From: a virus
Taxonomy: Duplodnaviria > Heunggongvirae > Uroviricota > Caudoviricetes
DNA: 64,000 nucleotides
Strand: one strand, 5' to 3'
IMG/VR virus record: IMGVR_UViG_3300026484_000248
Location: 34,711 to 98,710 of that record
The notes under the pieces are model-generated. The model was not told the origin of the DNA and did not search any database. It worked only from the letters and a program-made list of their open reading frames with translations. Both the position numbers and the translations under genes were made by a program. This document shows, piece by piece, positions 18,647 to 28,076 of this stretch (position 1 is its first letter; every line of letters starts with the position of its first letter).

Positions 18647-19630
18647 TCATATATATACTATATCCATACCTTCACAAATTTCCCCTGCTGTTATTTTTAC
18701 TTCTATATTATTTTTTAATATAGTTACTTCTTTATGAGTAGGTATATGCTTAATGTCTCCATTTTCTAAAACAATTCCTATATATTCGGTTTTAAAATCT
18801 AACCATTGTTGGGTTTCTTCATTCATTATTTTATTATAATCTATATTAAAATCATCCATAATATTTTGTAAGGATTTAATGCCTTCATTAGTTTTAATTT
18901 CAGTTTTCATTTCAGAACAGGCGGTTGGAGCTATGGCCATCAGAGCCGCATTTCTTAAACCAGTTACTTTAATTTTTTCTCTTAATTTGTTCCATCTGTC
19001 CATTTTAGGTAGATAATCAGTTAAATTAACTGTTTCTTTATTTGCTAAATCAATTGGTAAAATACCCTCAGCCCATTTTGTTTCGTAGAATTTTTCAAAT
19101 TTGCCTTTTTCCTCTGCTAATTCAGCACTAACTGAAATAATTATATAAGATAAATCATCAAATAATTTGTCTGTTTCTTCTAGTGCCTCTTGTGTATCAA
19201 TAATAATTTCTTTTAACGCTAAGTAATTTGCAAAGTTAAGAACTCCAATACCCAAATATCTATACATTAAGTTTGAATTTTTACCTTCTTTTACTGGATA
19301 GTTAGCAACATCTACAGTATTATCGAGTCCTCTTACAAGAGTTCTAATTAATTGCCATTTTTGTCCTTCATCCATATAAAACCATCTTTCAAGATTTACT
19401 GAACTAAGGTTACATAAAGCAATTTCACCTGCTGTATATCTTTTAACAATTCTTTTTTCTCCATTTTCCATTGTAAATAATTCTTCATTAATTAATTCCG
19501 ACGGTCGTGATGGAAGTACTATCTCTGTGCAGTTATGTACCAGTATATCATTTGCATAAAAATTATGGTTATCTTCTACAGTAATATCATATACAGGCAT
19601 TTCCTCTTCTAAATATTCTATTTTAATCAT
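18647..19630 (-). CDS. nrdA: nrdA fragment 2: C-intein-1 (MIKIEYLEEEMPVYDITVEDNHNFYANDILVHN) + middle extein (CTEIVLPS...LMAIAPTA, about 204 aa) + N-terminal piece of intein 2 (CSEMKTEIKT..., about 90 aa, ends TGA)
   Basis: The extein matches NrdA CLEIALPT..LCTLS.NL..LGIGV.NFA..GILPID..GLRN..ALMP; intein block F/G lies before the catalytic Cys; the start codon has an RBS. Confidence 0.75.
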   Translation of the reverse strand: MIKIEYLEEEMPVYDITVEDNHNFYANDILVHNCTEIVLPSRPSELINEELFTMENGEKRIVKRYTAGEIALCNLSSVNLERWFYMDEGQKWQLIRTLVRGLDNTVDVANYPVKEGKNSNLMYRYLGIGVLNFANYLALKEIIIDTQEALEETDKLFDDLSYIIISVSAELAEEKGKFEKFYETKWAEGILPIDLANKETVNLTDYLPKMDRWNKLREKIKVTGLRNAALMAIAPTACSEMKTEIKTNEGIKSLQNIMDDFNIDYNKIMNEETQQWLDFKTEYIGIVLENGDIKHIPTHKEVTILKNNIEVKITAGEICEGMDIVYI

Positions 19631-19645
19631 CTTTTTTCCTTTATT

Positions 19646-21274
19646 TTATTTATATTCTTTAACATAAACCTTGTTGCCTGAATCATATATTTTTCTATAA
19701 CCATTATTATGCATATTTTCTGCTTCAGTAACATCTGGATTAAAAGTTTCTAATAATCCTTTTAACTTATGTTTTTGGAACTTATTTCTAGACCATAGTA
19801 TGTTTTCTTTAGGATGGAAATAAAAATAGTTAGGTGTAGTATTATATTTAAAAGTGAAGCCTGATTTTATATAGAAATTACCTGTACTCCATCTTCTATT
19901 AGCGTAAGATAAAAGACTTTTAGGTTTATACGTTTTCTCGAAGTACTTAAGCATTCTAGAACCTCCACCTTGTATAGTATAACCTTTTTTAGTGCAGAAC
20001 CTAATAAGTTCATAATCTATATTTTTATTAAACCTAGGCTTACCAAAAGTCATTATAGACATTAGGTTGTCTTCATGATACATTCCTATTTTTATAGAAG
20101 AGTTGCAGTATCCCTGCATATGGTTATCATCAATAAATTTTCTAGCTTCCTTAGTTGGTACTTCTTTTATACTACATTTTCTAGCTCCTATTTTTTTATT
20201 TTTACTTAATTTATCTTCTATCATAGAAACCCATATAGATTTTTTATTTTTATCTAACCATTCATTTTCAAATATATGGAATAGTTGTATTCTTTTTTCT
20301 TCACAAGCTTCAGTTTTAATAAGATGGTAGTTTTTATTTTTAAATTTATTAGAATGCCAATATAAACCATTATATTCAATGGCAAAATTATATTCTTCAG
20401 AATACATATCTAATTCATAAGGTTTTATTATTTTTCTATTATCATATATAAATAAATCCTTAAATAGGGCCTTCATATTATCTGACACCTGTCTACCTAT
20501 TCTTGAAACACTAGAAGCATAAAAACTCATGTTTTTAAAAGCATTATAAGTGCAATTAAAATATTCACATGCAGTATAAATATCAAAATTTTTATTTAAT
20601 ACAAAGTGTTTAATTATAAATGTTTCATTAAAATTATTTAAATTATTAAAATGTTTTCTGGAAGAATTTTTATTTCCACTAAAATCTTTTTTAAAAGAAT
20701 CTAATTGAGCATAACTAGAAACACCATATTTTTCCATCATAGTATTATGAATTTTCTCTTTATTATTATAGTTTTTATCACCATATTTTTCTAATTTAGT
20801 TTTCTTGCTTTTTTCTATATTATTATAGTTTTTATCACCATATTTTTCTAATTTAGTTTTCTTGCTTTTTTCTATATTATTAATACTTGACTGATGGGTA
20901 TTATTAGATATCATAGTATCTTGTGCTTTTTTTCTTGATTCTTTAGACTGTGCTTTTTTAATCACCTTATTATGAATAGTCTTATCCTGAAAAACACTTA
21001 CATATCCGTACTTTTCTAACATTGTTTGTTGAGTCTTTTTAATTCTATTAAGTTTACTACATTCTTTACAAGTTTTATTATACCCTTTATTTAATGAAAT
21101 AAATCGTTTTTTATTGCCACAAGAACATAAACTATCATTATTATAAAAGTCCCATATGAACTTACTAGGTTCTTTCATATAATTTTTTTCTTCTAATGTA
21201 AAAGTGTGATTATTATATCTTCTGCTTTTTTTATTCCAAATAAGATCTATTTTTTCTTTTAATTCTTTTGTCAT
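19646..21274 (-). CDS. free-standing homing-endonuclease-like gene inserted inside nrdA intein 1 (same family as 8341..10113 and 57414..59135)
   Basis: It has N-terminal Cys4 zinc-ribbon modules, a 57-bp tandem in-frame duplication (KTKLEKYGDKNYNN x2), EYNGLYWHS, and a C-terminal module about 90% identical to 8341..10113; it is in the same frame as both flanking nrdA pieces but separated from them by TAA codons. Confidence 0.6.
   Translation of the reverse strand: MTKELKEKIDLIWNKKSRRYNNHTFTLEEKNYMKEPSKFIWDFYNNDSLCSCGNKKRFISLNKGYNKTCKECSKLNRIKKTQQTMLEKYGYVSVFQDKTIHNKVIKKAQSKESRKKAQDTMISNNTHQSSINNIEKSKKTKLEKYGDKNYNNIEKSKKTKLEKYGDKNYNNKEKIHNTMMEKYGVSSYAQLDSFKKDFSGNKNSSRKHFNNLNNFNETFIIKHFVLNKNFDIYTACEYFNCTYNAFKNMSFYASSVSRIGRQVSDNMKALFKDLFIYDNRKIIKPYELDMYSEEYNFAIEYNGLYWHSNKFKNKNYHLIKTEACEEKRIQLFHIFENEWLDKNKKSIWVSMIEDKLSKNKKIGARKCSIKEVPTKEARKFIDDNHMQGYCNSSIKIGMYHEDNLMSIMTFGKPRFNKNIDYELIRFCTKKGYTIQGGGSRMLKYFEKTYKPKSLLSYANRRWSTGNFYIKSGFTFKYNTTPNYFYFHPKENILWSRNKFQKHKLKGLLETFNPDVTEAENMHNNGYRKIYDSGNKVYVKEYK
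20764..20877. repeat. 57-bp tandem in-frame duplication inside endonuclease gene 19646..21274
   Basis: tattatagtttttatcaccatatttttctaatttagttttcttgcttttttctatat is repeated twice and encodes IEKSKKTKLEKYGDKNYNN x2. Confidence 0.8.
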
Positions 21275-21322
21275 TCTTTTGATATCCTGGCAATTATTTT
21301 ATATTTTACTAACTTTGGGCAT

Positions 21323-23014
21323 TTATTCTTTTATATTTAATTTATCTGTTTTAAGCAATTCTTTTGCTTGGACATAACCCCTATTTTCAGTCCATATTTT
21401 ATGTTCGGGAGTACAAACAATATTTTTACCCGTTTTTTCATCAATAATTTTCATTACTCTTGTTTTGGGGTTTGTCATAGCAAAATCTGTAACTATTTTA
21501 TATTCAACTTTTTTAAGTTTTGTATTATATGATTTCACTTTGTCGCCTATTTTAATGTCCTTAAGTTCTTTTGTCCCTTTTTCGGTTTGTACTTTAGTAT
21601 CACCTTTTAAACATAAATTTGAACTACCAATATATCTATTAAGCATTGAAGTGTTATTAACATTTTCTTCATGGAACAAATATATATTACCAGTTTCTGT
21701 TCTTTCTTTCATCATCTTTTCCCAAAGATCTCTCGCTTTAATTTTTTTCTTTTTGATATTTGTTTTATTACTGTACATTTCATAATTTTTATTAAATTCT
21801 TCTCCAAATACACCAACCAATAACGGAGTATCTTTAGGGTCAAATAACCACACTTCTTCATCCATTTCAACTGCATCCAGAAAGTTTTGATTCATTTTCA
21901 TTGCATATTGTAAACCTCTTGCCCTATTTTCATCAGTACCACCATTACTTTTAAGTGATAAAATATCAGTAACATCTAAATGCCACCAAGAGAAGTAAAT
22001 TGCAAGGGCACCTTGCCTTTTCCCGCCTTGATTCCAAGCTTTCATAATACTTTCAAAGAATTTCATAAATGGTACAGGCCCAGAACTATAACCTTGAGTT
22101 CCTTCAATATAACTTCCCCCAGCTCTCATCGCTGTAATATCTAATGCTGTTCCACCTTTAAATTTTGAATAAATTCCCAGGTTTTTACCAGTATCTAAAA
22201 TATTATGACTATCATCTGCTAAAGTATTTAATACACAAGAACTTAATTGCTGCCCAGGAGTTAAAGCATTTAACATAATTGGAGTAGCAACAGTATATTG
22301 ATGTTGTGAAATAGCATCATATAATTCAATCATTTTTTGAACTCTGTTATCCTTTTCGTCAATAGTAAGTGCAATAGCAACTCTCATATAAGATATTTGG
22401 GGTAATTCTAATTTATTTCTTTTACTATAATTAAGACAATACTTATCAAAAAATGTTACAAGTGCTTTATAATTAAAAATTAAATCTCTTTCAGGGTTAA
22501 TTGCAGTATTTAATTGCTGTATTTCATCTTCAGTTAGTTTATTAACTGTAAATTTATCGTAAATTTTCTTTTCAATCCCTTTAGTGAGGATATCTTTTAA
22601 TTCTGGATAAGTATTATGGTCACTTATGTTATAAGTTTCTTTATAATATTCAAGTAATTGTAATTTTGCCGCTACTTCTTCCCACATTGGATTAAGCATA
22701 CTGATTTTATTAACTGCAGTAATGATTAATTGCTTGTACATATCTTTAATATGAATTTCTTTATGTAATTTAACCTTAGTATCTCTGAGTAATTCCTCTT
22801 TCATATATTGATTTGGGCAAGACCAATCAACTACTTTATCTAATTTCTTTGGATGGAAAGGTTCTTTATGTCCTTTCCTTTTTATAATAATTATTTTTGA
22901 TGCTTTTATTTCTTCTTGATTTGAAATATCAATATTTTCCTTATTTTCTACTGCCTGAGACAAAGTGCCTAAAGGCACTTTGTTATATCTTTTTGCTTTA
23001 TTCTTATTACTCAC
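21323..23014 (-). CDS. nrdA: nrdA fragment 1: class I ribonucleotide reductase alpha N-terminal extein (about 467 aa, ends ...IGSSNL) fused to the N-terminal half of intein 1 (CLKGDTKVQT...GKNIVCTPEHKIW..., 96 aa)
   Basis: It has the ATP-cone and RNR large-subunit motifs; SNL is followed by an intein block A (CLKGDTKV) and block B (TPEH) and then a TAA stop; the following catalytic Cys (CTEI) lies in the next fragment. Confidence 0.8.
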   Translation of the reverse strand: MSNKNKAKRYNKVPLGTLSQAVENKENIDISNQEEIKASKIIIIKRKGHKEPFHPKKLDKVVDWSCPNQYMKEELLRDTKVKLHKEIHIKDMYKQLIITAVNKISMLNPMWEEVAAKLQLLEYYKETYNISDHNTYPELKDILTKGIEKKIYDKFTVNKLTEDEIQQLNTAINPERDLIFNYKALVTFFDKYCLNYSKRNKLELPQISYMRVAIALTIDEKDNRVQKMIELYDAISQHQYTVATPIMLNALTPGQQLSSCVLNTLADDSHNILDTGKNLGIYSKFKGGTALDITAMRAGGSYIEGTQGYSSGPVPFMKFFESIMKAWNQGGKRQGALAIYFSWWHLDVTDILSLKSNGGTDENRARGLQYAMKMNQNFLDAVEMDEEVWLFDPKDTPLLVGVFGEEFNKNYEMYSNKTNIKKKKIKARDLWEKMMKERTETGNIYLFHEENVNNTSMLNRYIGSSNLCLKGDTKVQTEKGTKELKDIKIGDKVKSYNTKLKKVEYKIVTDFAMTNPKTRVMKIIDEKTGKNIVCTPEHKIWTENRGYVQAKELLKTDKLNIKE

Positions 23015-24133
23015 TTATAATCCTTTTGCTCTTGTATATGATTCTAATTTACCGTCTGGTATATCATTTTTCATAATACCGATTGAATAAATTGACATAT
23101 CTGATTCTTGTTGCGCTACATTAGATATATTTAAATCCTTTTCGCCTTCAAAATATTGAACTGTATCTGTTTTAATAATATTAAATGGTTTTGCTACACC
23201 TATTGATGATAGTCTATCATCAACATAATATTTCATAAAATCTTCTACAACTCTTTTAGTCAATGTTGGTATATCACCAAAACTTGCTAAATAATCATAA
23301 AACTCTAATTCATCTCTAAGTACATCCAAAAATGTTTTAGTTGCCATATTACTAAACCATTTAGAATTAATTAACTCACTAAATCCTTCTGATTTTGTTT
23401 TTTTGAGTATTTGAATTGTTCCCGATACCATACTTGTATGAATATCTTCATCAAAATTAATTAATTTAATGATTCTTGTAGCACCTTGGATTTTATTATT
23501 ATAATTATTGTTAATAACATAAGTTACCAAAAATGATACATAAAATTTAACACCTTCAAGTGCTAATATACCAACAAGTAATTCTAAAATTATTTTTTTC
23601 TTTTCAGTTTCATCGCTAATACTATCAATATTTTTAACTCTTTTATATAATTCAATTTCATTATTTACTCTTTTTTGAATTTCCGGATAATCAGCAATTC
23701 TATCAAATATTGCTGAAGCATCACTAAAAATACCTCTTAATATATGAGAGTAAGATAAACTATGAATTAATTCAAAATAGCCCTGTGTCTTAAACATCGC
23801 TTCAAACTCAGGATTTGTGCATAAACTAGCTAATATTTCTTCAAGTCCACTATTTTGAGCAGAGTCCATTAATGTTTGAAATAACCAAACCCTAATCATA
23901 ATTTCCTGAATGTATTCAGGCATTTCAAAAAATTTAAGTGCATCATTTGTCATACTTATTTCTTTTGGATTCCAAAAAGCATTTCTTTGTTTTTCTTCCA
24001 TCGCTACTGCAAATGGAAATTTCGGATTATCGTATCTTTGGAAACCTGAATAGGAACCGAAAAATATTCTTTCCTTTGCATTCTTTGGTACTAAATTTTC
24101 AGTGCAAAGAATTCGTTCACATGAACTGCCCAT
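23015..24133 (-). CDS. nrdB: ribonucleotide reductase small subunit (NrdB)
   Basis: The protein shows IFFG...RYD, the ferritin-like di-iron motifs (E..H, FYVSF, EDIHT) and collinearity with E. coli NrdB. Confidence 0.8.
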   Translation of the reverse strand: MGSSCERILCTENLVPKNAKERIFFGSYSGFQRYDNPKFPFAVAMEEKQRNAFWNPKEISMTNDALKFFEMPEYIQEIMIRVWLFQTLMDSAQNSGLEEILASLCTNPEFEAMFKTQGYFELIHSLSYSHILRGIFSDASAIFDRIADYPEIQKRVNNEIELYKRVKNIDSISDETEKKKIILELLVGILALEGVKFYVSFLVTYVINNNYNNKIQGATRIIKLINFDEDIHTSMVSGTIQILKKTKSEGFSELINSKWFSNMATKTFLDVLRDELEFYDYLASFGDIPTLTKRVVEDFMKYYVDDRLSSIGVAKPFNIIKTDTVQYFEGEKDLNISNVAQQESDMSIYSIGIMKNDIPDGKLESYTRAKGL

Positions 24134-24136
24134 ATT

Positions 24137-24532
24137 CTACCCTTTACTTTGTTTAATTGAAATACCATTTGGGTTATAATCATCTGCTAACTCTTTTAAC
24201 ATTCTTCGTCTGTCGGCTTCTGTTTGCTTTTCAATTTCTTCTTTTCTATCTAAATACCTTTTCTCTTCAATATAGTCTTCAAAATTATGGTCATAAGCAT
24301 ATCTATTCGTTTCATAATCTGTTAAAATTGTTTTAATCATATTTTCTTCTGGCTTCTGAAATGTACATTTTTTATTTTTAATATACATCTTCTTAAACTC
24401 TTTCTTGTTGTAACTTAATATTTTGCCGCCAGTTGTAACACCATCTTTATCGTACTCAAAAATTATTGACCTTTTTGAATCACTCTTTACTAATAACACT
24501 ATCTGCTTCGTTTCTTTGTTTTTATAGAACAA
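24137..24532 (-). CDS. hypothetical protein
   Basis: It is a 131-aa ORF directly upstream of nrdB. Confidence 0.4.
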   Translation of the reverse strand: MFYKNKETKQIVLLVKSDSKRSIIFEYDKDGVTTGGKILSYNKKEFKKMYIKNKKCTFQKPEENMIKTILTDYETNRYAYDHNFEDYIEEKRYLDRKEEIEKQTEADRRRMLKELADDYNPNGISIKQSKG

Positions 24533-24576
24533 CCTAATTTCCTTATCTTTTATATTATTTATATTATACTGGGTTT

Positions 24577-25860
24577 TTACTTAATTACTTCAATAAGTGT
24601 TCTAACACCAAAACCTGTTGCACCTTTAACATTACTACCAAAACCTTTATCTACAAAACTAGGCCCTGCAATATCAATATGAATAAATTTATTTTTATTT
24701 TTCTTTTTAACCGCTTCTGTTAGAAATAATCCTGCTTTTTGACAACCCATTGTAGGAGTTCCTGTATTACTTAAATCAGCAACATCATCTTTCACACCAT
24801 CTAACATATATTTATGGAAAGGAGCATCTAAAAATATTTCACCTTGTTTATCTCCAGCTTTTTGAATTTTTCTTTTTAATTTATTGTTAAAAGAAACTAA
24901 TCCTGCTGCTTCATTTCCAAATTGAGCCACTGCACTTCCGGTTAATGTTGCTATTGAAGTCATTGTATCAAACTTTTTATTTTGTTCTTGTGCTAAACAG
25001 ATATTATCAAAAAGTACTAATCTTCCTTCTGCATCTGTGTTATTAATTTTAACAGTTTTGCCGTTTTTCATTGTAAGAATATCGCCTGGTCTGTAAGCAT
25101 TTTCATTAATCATATTTTCTGCTAATGCAATATAACAAATAACTTCTGAATTCCCACCATTTAATCTTAGGTATTCCATTAAACCAATAAGGGTCATTGC
25201 TCCTGCTTTATCTGCTTGCATTTTTACCATTGAGTTTGTTGGTTTTATTGAAAGTCCTCCTGAATCATATGTTAAACCTTTTCCAACAAAAATATGTCTT
25301 TTTGTATTTTGGTCTTGATTTTCTGGAGTATAAGTCATTTTAATTGTCATTGCTTCTTGATTACTTGCAGCATTTACCGCTAAATGACCATTCATATTTA
25401 ATTGTTCTAATTTATCTTTTCCATATAATTCAATAGTAATGCCGGAATTAACAAAAATATCTAAAACTAAATCTAAAACATATTCAGCATTTGCAATATT
25501 TGGTGGTGTGTTTACTAAATCTCTTGTAAGGTATTGTGCTTTAATAATATTTCTAGCATTTGCTAATTCAATTGCATTAGCATTATATTCAATTTCTATT
25601 TTTTTATAGTTATCTTTTTTCTTAATACTGTATTGATAATCACCTAAAATAGTTCCTTCAATAAATGCTTGTGAACCGTTCGGAATAGTCATTTCTATTT
25701 TTTTAATTTTTTCATTAATACAAAATTGAGTTACTTTAAATCCAAGAACTCGCCAATCTTCATCTGTTTTAGTATCTTTTGTTCCGACTACAAGGAACAA
25801 ACCTTGTTTTTTTATTCCTGTCTTGTTTTTTTTAAATTCAGTTATAAGTACTTTTTTCAT
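24577..25860 (-). CDS. pepA: M17 leucyl aminopeptidase (PepA-like)
   Basis: The NTDAEGRLVLFD signature of cytosol aminopeptidases is present; the length is 427 aa; the start overlaps the ClpP stop codon. Confidence 0.75.
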   Translation of the reverse strand: MKKVLITEFKKNKTGIKKQGLFLVVGTKDTKTDEDWRVLGFKVTQFCINEKIKKIEMTIPNGSQAFIEGTILGDYQYSIKKKDNYKKIEIEYNANAIELANARNIIKAQYLTRDLVNTPPNIANAEYVLDLVLDIFVNSGITIELYGKDKLEQLNMNGHLAVNAASNQEAMTIKMTYTPENQDQNTKRHIFVGKGLTYDSGGLSIKPTNSMVKMQADKAGAMTLIGLMEYLRLNGGNSEVICYIALAENMINENAYRPGDILTMKNGKTVKINNTDAEGRLVLFDNICLAQEQNKKFDTMTSIATLTGSAVAQFGNEAAGLVSFNNKLKRKIQKAGDKQGEIFLDAPFHKYMLDGVKDDVADLSNTGTPTMGCQKAGLFLTEAVKKKNKNKFIHIDIAGPSFVDKGFGSNVKGATGFGVRTLIEVIK

Positions 25861-26441
25861 TAAGAACCCACAATCATATCAATTAAACCAATTTCCATTG
25901 CTTCTTCAGGGCTTAAAAATTTATCTCTATCTGTTAATACACAGATTTCTTCATAAGAAGTTTTGCCTTTTGTATATTCCGACATTTGTCTCATAAGTTT
26001 TTCTTGTAAATATTTTGACTCATTATAATCAATTTCCATATCTTGGAATTTACCTTGTGTTCCGCCTGCTAATGAATGAATCATAATTCTCGCGTTTGGC
26101 ATAGCACTTCTTGTACCTGTTCCTGCTGCTAGGATTTGATTTCCCATACTCATTGCAATGCCAGTACAAATTGTATTAACTGGAGTTTTAATATGACGCA
26201 TAACATCAATAATTCCGTTACCAGCATAAATACTTCCGCCACCACTTGAGATGTACATATTGATTTCTTTGCAGTCTTCTTTACTATCTAAGTATAATAA
26301 TTGTGCTTTAATTGTTGTTGCTAAATCATCACCAATACCATTTTCCAAAATGACAATATTTTCCTCAAATAGCTTGTCTATCATTGTATATTGTCTATCA
26401 CTTCTTCCGTCTTTTTCTGCCACATTTGGTAAAAATATCAT
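25860..26441 (-). CDS. clpP: ClpP-family serine protease subunit
   Basis: YISSGGGSIYAGNGIIDVMRHIKTPVNTICTGIAMSMGNQIL..ARIMIHSLAGG aligns with the ClpP catalytic Ser/His region (INSPGG..AG..IYD....TIC.G.AASMG...MIHQP.GG). Confidence 0.75.
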   Translation of the reverse strand: MIFLPNVAEKDGRSDRQYTMIDKLFEENIVILENGIGDDLATTIKAQLLYLDSKEDCKEINMYISSGGGSIYAGNGIIDVMRHIKTPVNTICTGIAMSMGNQILAAGTGTRSAMPNARIMIHSLAGGTQGKFQDMEIDYNESKYLQEKLMRQMSEYTKGKTSYEEICVLTDRDKFLSPEEAMEIGLIDMIVGS

Positions 26442-26474
26442 TTTTAATCCTTTAAATTTTGTTATATTTGTGTT

Positions 26475-26663
26475 TTATATTGCTCTGTATTCTTGAGCTG
26501 TAAGTATATCCATTCTTAAGTTTTCCACATCTTTTAAATCCAGTTTTTCAAGTGATTTCAGAAGATAAGTTATTTCTTTTACGGTGGGATATGTTTTTGA
26601 TTTGTGTGCTTCTTTGATATTAAATTTTGAATCAAAGAATACTATGTAGTATTCTTCATCCAT
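26475..26663 (-). CDS. hypothetical small protein
   Basis: It is a 62-aa ORF. Confidence 0.3.
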   Translation of the reverse strand: MDEEYYIVFFDSKFNIKEAHKSKTYPTVKEITYLLKSLEKLDLKDVENLRMDILTAQEYRAI

Positions 26664-26666
26664 TTT

Positions 26667-27332
26667 TTATCCTAGCATTTGTAAGATTAAACTTGTTTGC
26701 TTTCGAACTTTTTTCTCAAAACTTTTAGTACTAATATTTAGGATTCTAGCATTATCTAGCATTAAGTCTAATTGTGCTTTTCTTTTTTCAAGATTTGTTC
26801 TTTGTGCTGTTGTAATTTCTGTAACAGTTGCCGTCTCTTGAGTGGTTTCGATTGAGTCCATAAATGATTGTAATCTGTCTCTATTTTCAAAAGATTTAAT
26901 TGCGTCCTTAATTTTTAAACCTTGGGGTTCAATAATTTCCTTAAGTGAAGTACCTGTCTGTTCTACTTCTTTTGTAATATTTACAAATAAATCATTTAAC
27001 TTTAACACTGCTTTTTTAACTTCTGGTTTTGAGGTTATTTCAGCTAGATATTCATTAAAAATATCATTAACTTCATTAAGTGCTTCTTCCTCAGTATTAT
27101 CTTCTGGTTCTTGAATATCTTTATCTGCTTTTGATTTTGTTTCTTCATAATCATCTACTAATGAATCCCACAGCGAACCTGGAATTAAACCTTGTAGATT
27201 ATTCATTCTGTTTTTAATAACATTAACTTTATAATCATCTTTTATAAGAATTCCAACTAAATCACATTTTAACATAATTTCATTTGTAACCTCTAACTCA
27301 TCTTCTAATAATTGTATTTTATTTAATTCCAT
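26667..27332 (-). CDS. hypothetical acidic coiled-coil protein
   Basis: It is a 221-aa ORF. Confidence 0.4.
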   Translation of the reverse strand: MELNKIQLLEDELEVTNEIMLKCDLVGILIKDDYKVNVIKNRMNNLQGLIPGSLWDSLVDDYEETKSKADKDIQEPEDNTEEEALNEVNDIFNEYLAEITSKPEVKKAVLKLNDLFVNITKEVEQTGTSLKEIIEPQGLKIKDAIKSFENRDRLQSFMDSIETTQETATVTEITTAQRTNLEKRKAQLDLMLDNARILNISTKSFEKKVRKQTSLILQMLG

Positions 27333-27523
27333 TTTCTTTCCTTTTATTGTTTATATATTATAACATTTTCTTTCTTAAAGTCTTATTAATTTTAAAGCAT
27401 TCATTAGGGATGTAACATTTTTCACCATTATCAAACATGATGTAAGAATCATTCTTACCAGTTGATAATATTCGACCAGTTAAATCTTCTATAACATCAT
27501 ATTTATTTGGGATAGTAATTATT

Positions 27524-28042
27524 TTAGTCACGCTCAGACCCGTTTTTGTTTTTTTTAGAAATTACTCCATCATCAACTGCATTAAACATATCAACTTCTG
27601 CTTTATGCCCATCTTGTGTAGTTGTACTAAAAACCTCAACTCCTTCTATTGATTCTAATCTTTTATTAAAATCATTTATATCATTTCCTCTTTTTAAGAT
27701 CATAAATTCATCTCCACCAATTCTAAAAATTATACTATCTTCAAACTTTTCTTTCAAATCATTAGCAACTTTTTGAATAAATTCATCACCCGCTTCAAAT
27801 GAAACATCTCTATTTAATGCATGCAATCCATTTAAGTCTACCATTGCCAATATAAATCTATGTCCGAATTCTTTATAGGAGTACCACATTTCATCAAATC
27901 TATCATTAAAATCTGATCGTCTTAATAATCCTGTCAAACTATCATACTTATAATTTTTGATTATAAGTCGCAATTTTTGTACTTCCTGTTTTAATTTTGT
28001 ATTTGTCTTTTCCAAATACTCATTCTTTTCCTTCTGTGTCAT
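27524..28042 (-). CDS. GGDEF-domain protein (putative diguanylate cyclase; N-terminal coiled coil)
   Basis: YDSLTGLLRR..F...F......AMVDLNGLHALNRDVSFEAGDEF...RIGGDEFMIL carries all GGDEF catalytic-core hallmarks with an intact GGDEF; no RxxD I-site is present. Confidence 0.6.
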   Translation of the reverse strand: MTQKEKNEYLEKTNTKLKQEVQKLRLIIKNYKYDSLTGLLRRSDFNDRFDEMWYSYKEFGHRFILAMVDLNGLHALNRDVSFEAGDEFIQKVANDLKEKFEDSIIFRIGGDEFMILKRGNDINDFNKRLESIEGVEVFSTTTQDGHKAEVDMFNAVDDGVISKKNKNGSERD

Positions 28043-28076
28043 ATTGATTTCCTTTTAATTTTATTTATAGAAATGG

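Noticed and set aside
19630-21340. Possibility that nrdA fragment 1, the inserted endonuclease and fragment 2 (all in one reading frame, separated only by three TAA codons) are translated as one canonical intein-endonuclease polyprotein by UAA readthrough using the UUA-anticodon tRNA-like gene
   Set aside because: The same-frame coincidence has about 1/9 chance expectation, and the TAA density in the 51-nt gap is what random AT-rich intergenic sequence gives. Both downstream pieces have their own RBS and ATG; the second intein's pieces are not all co-frame and end with TGA. The tRNA-like gene has a weak T-stem. Kept only as a low-probability alternative to test with the suppressor assay.
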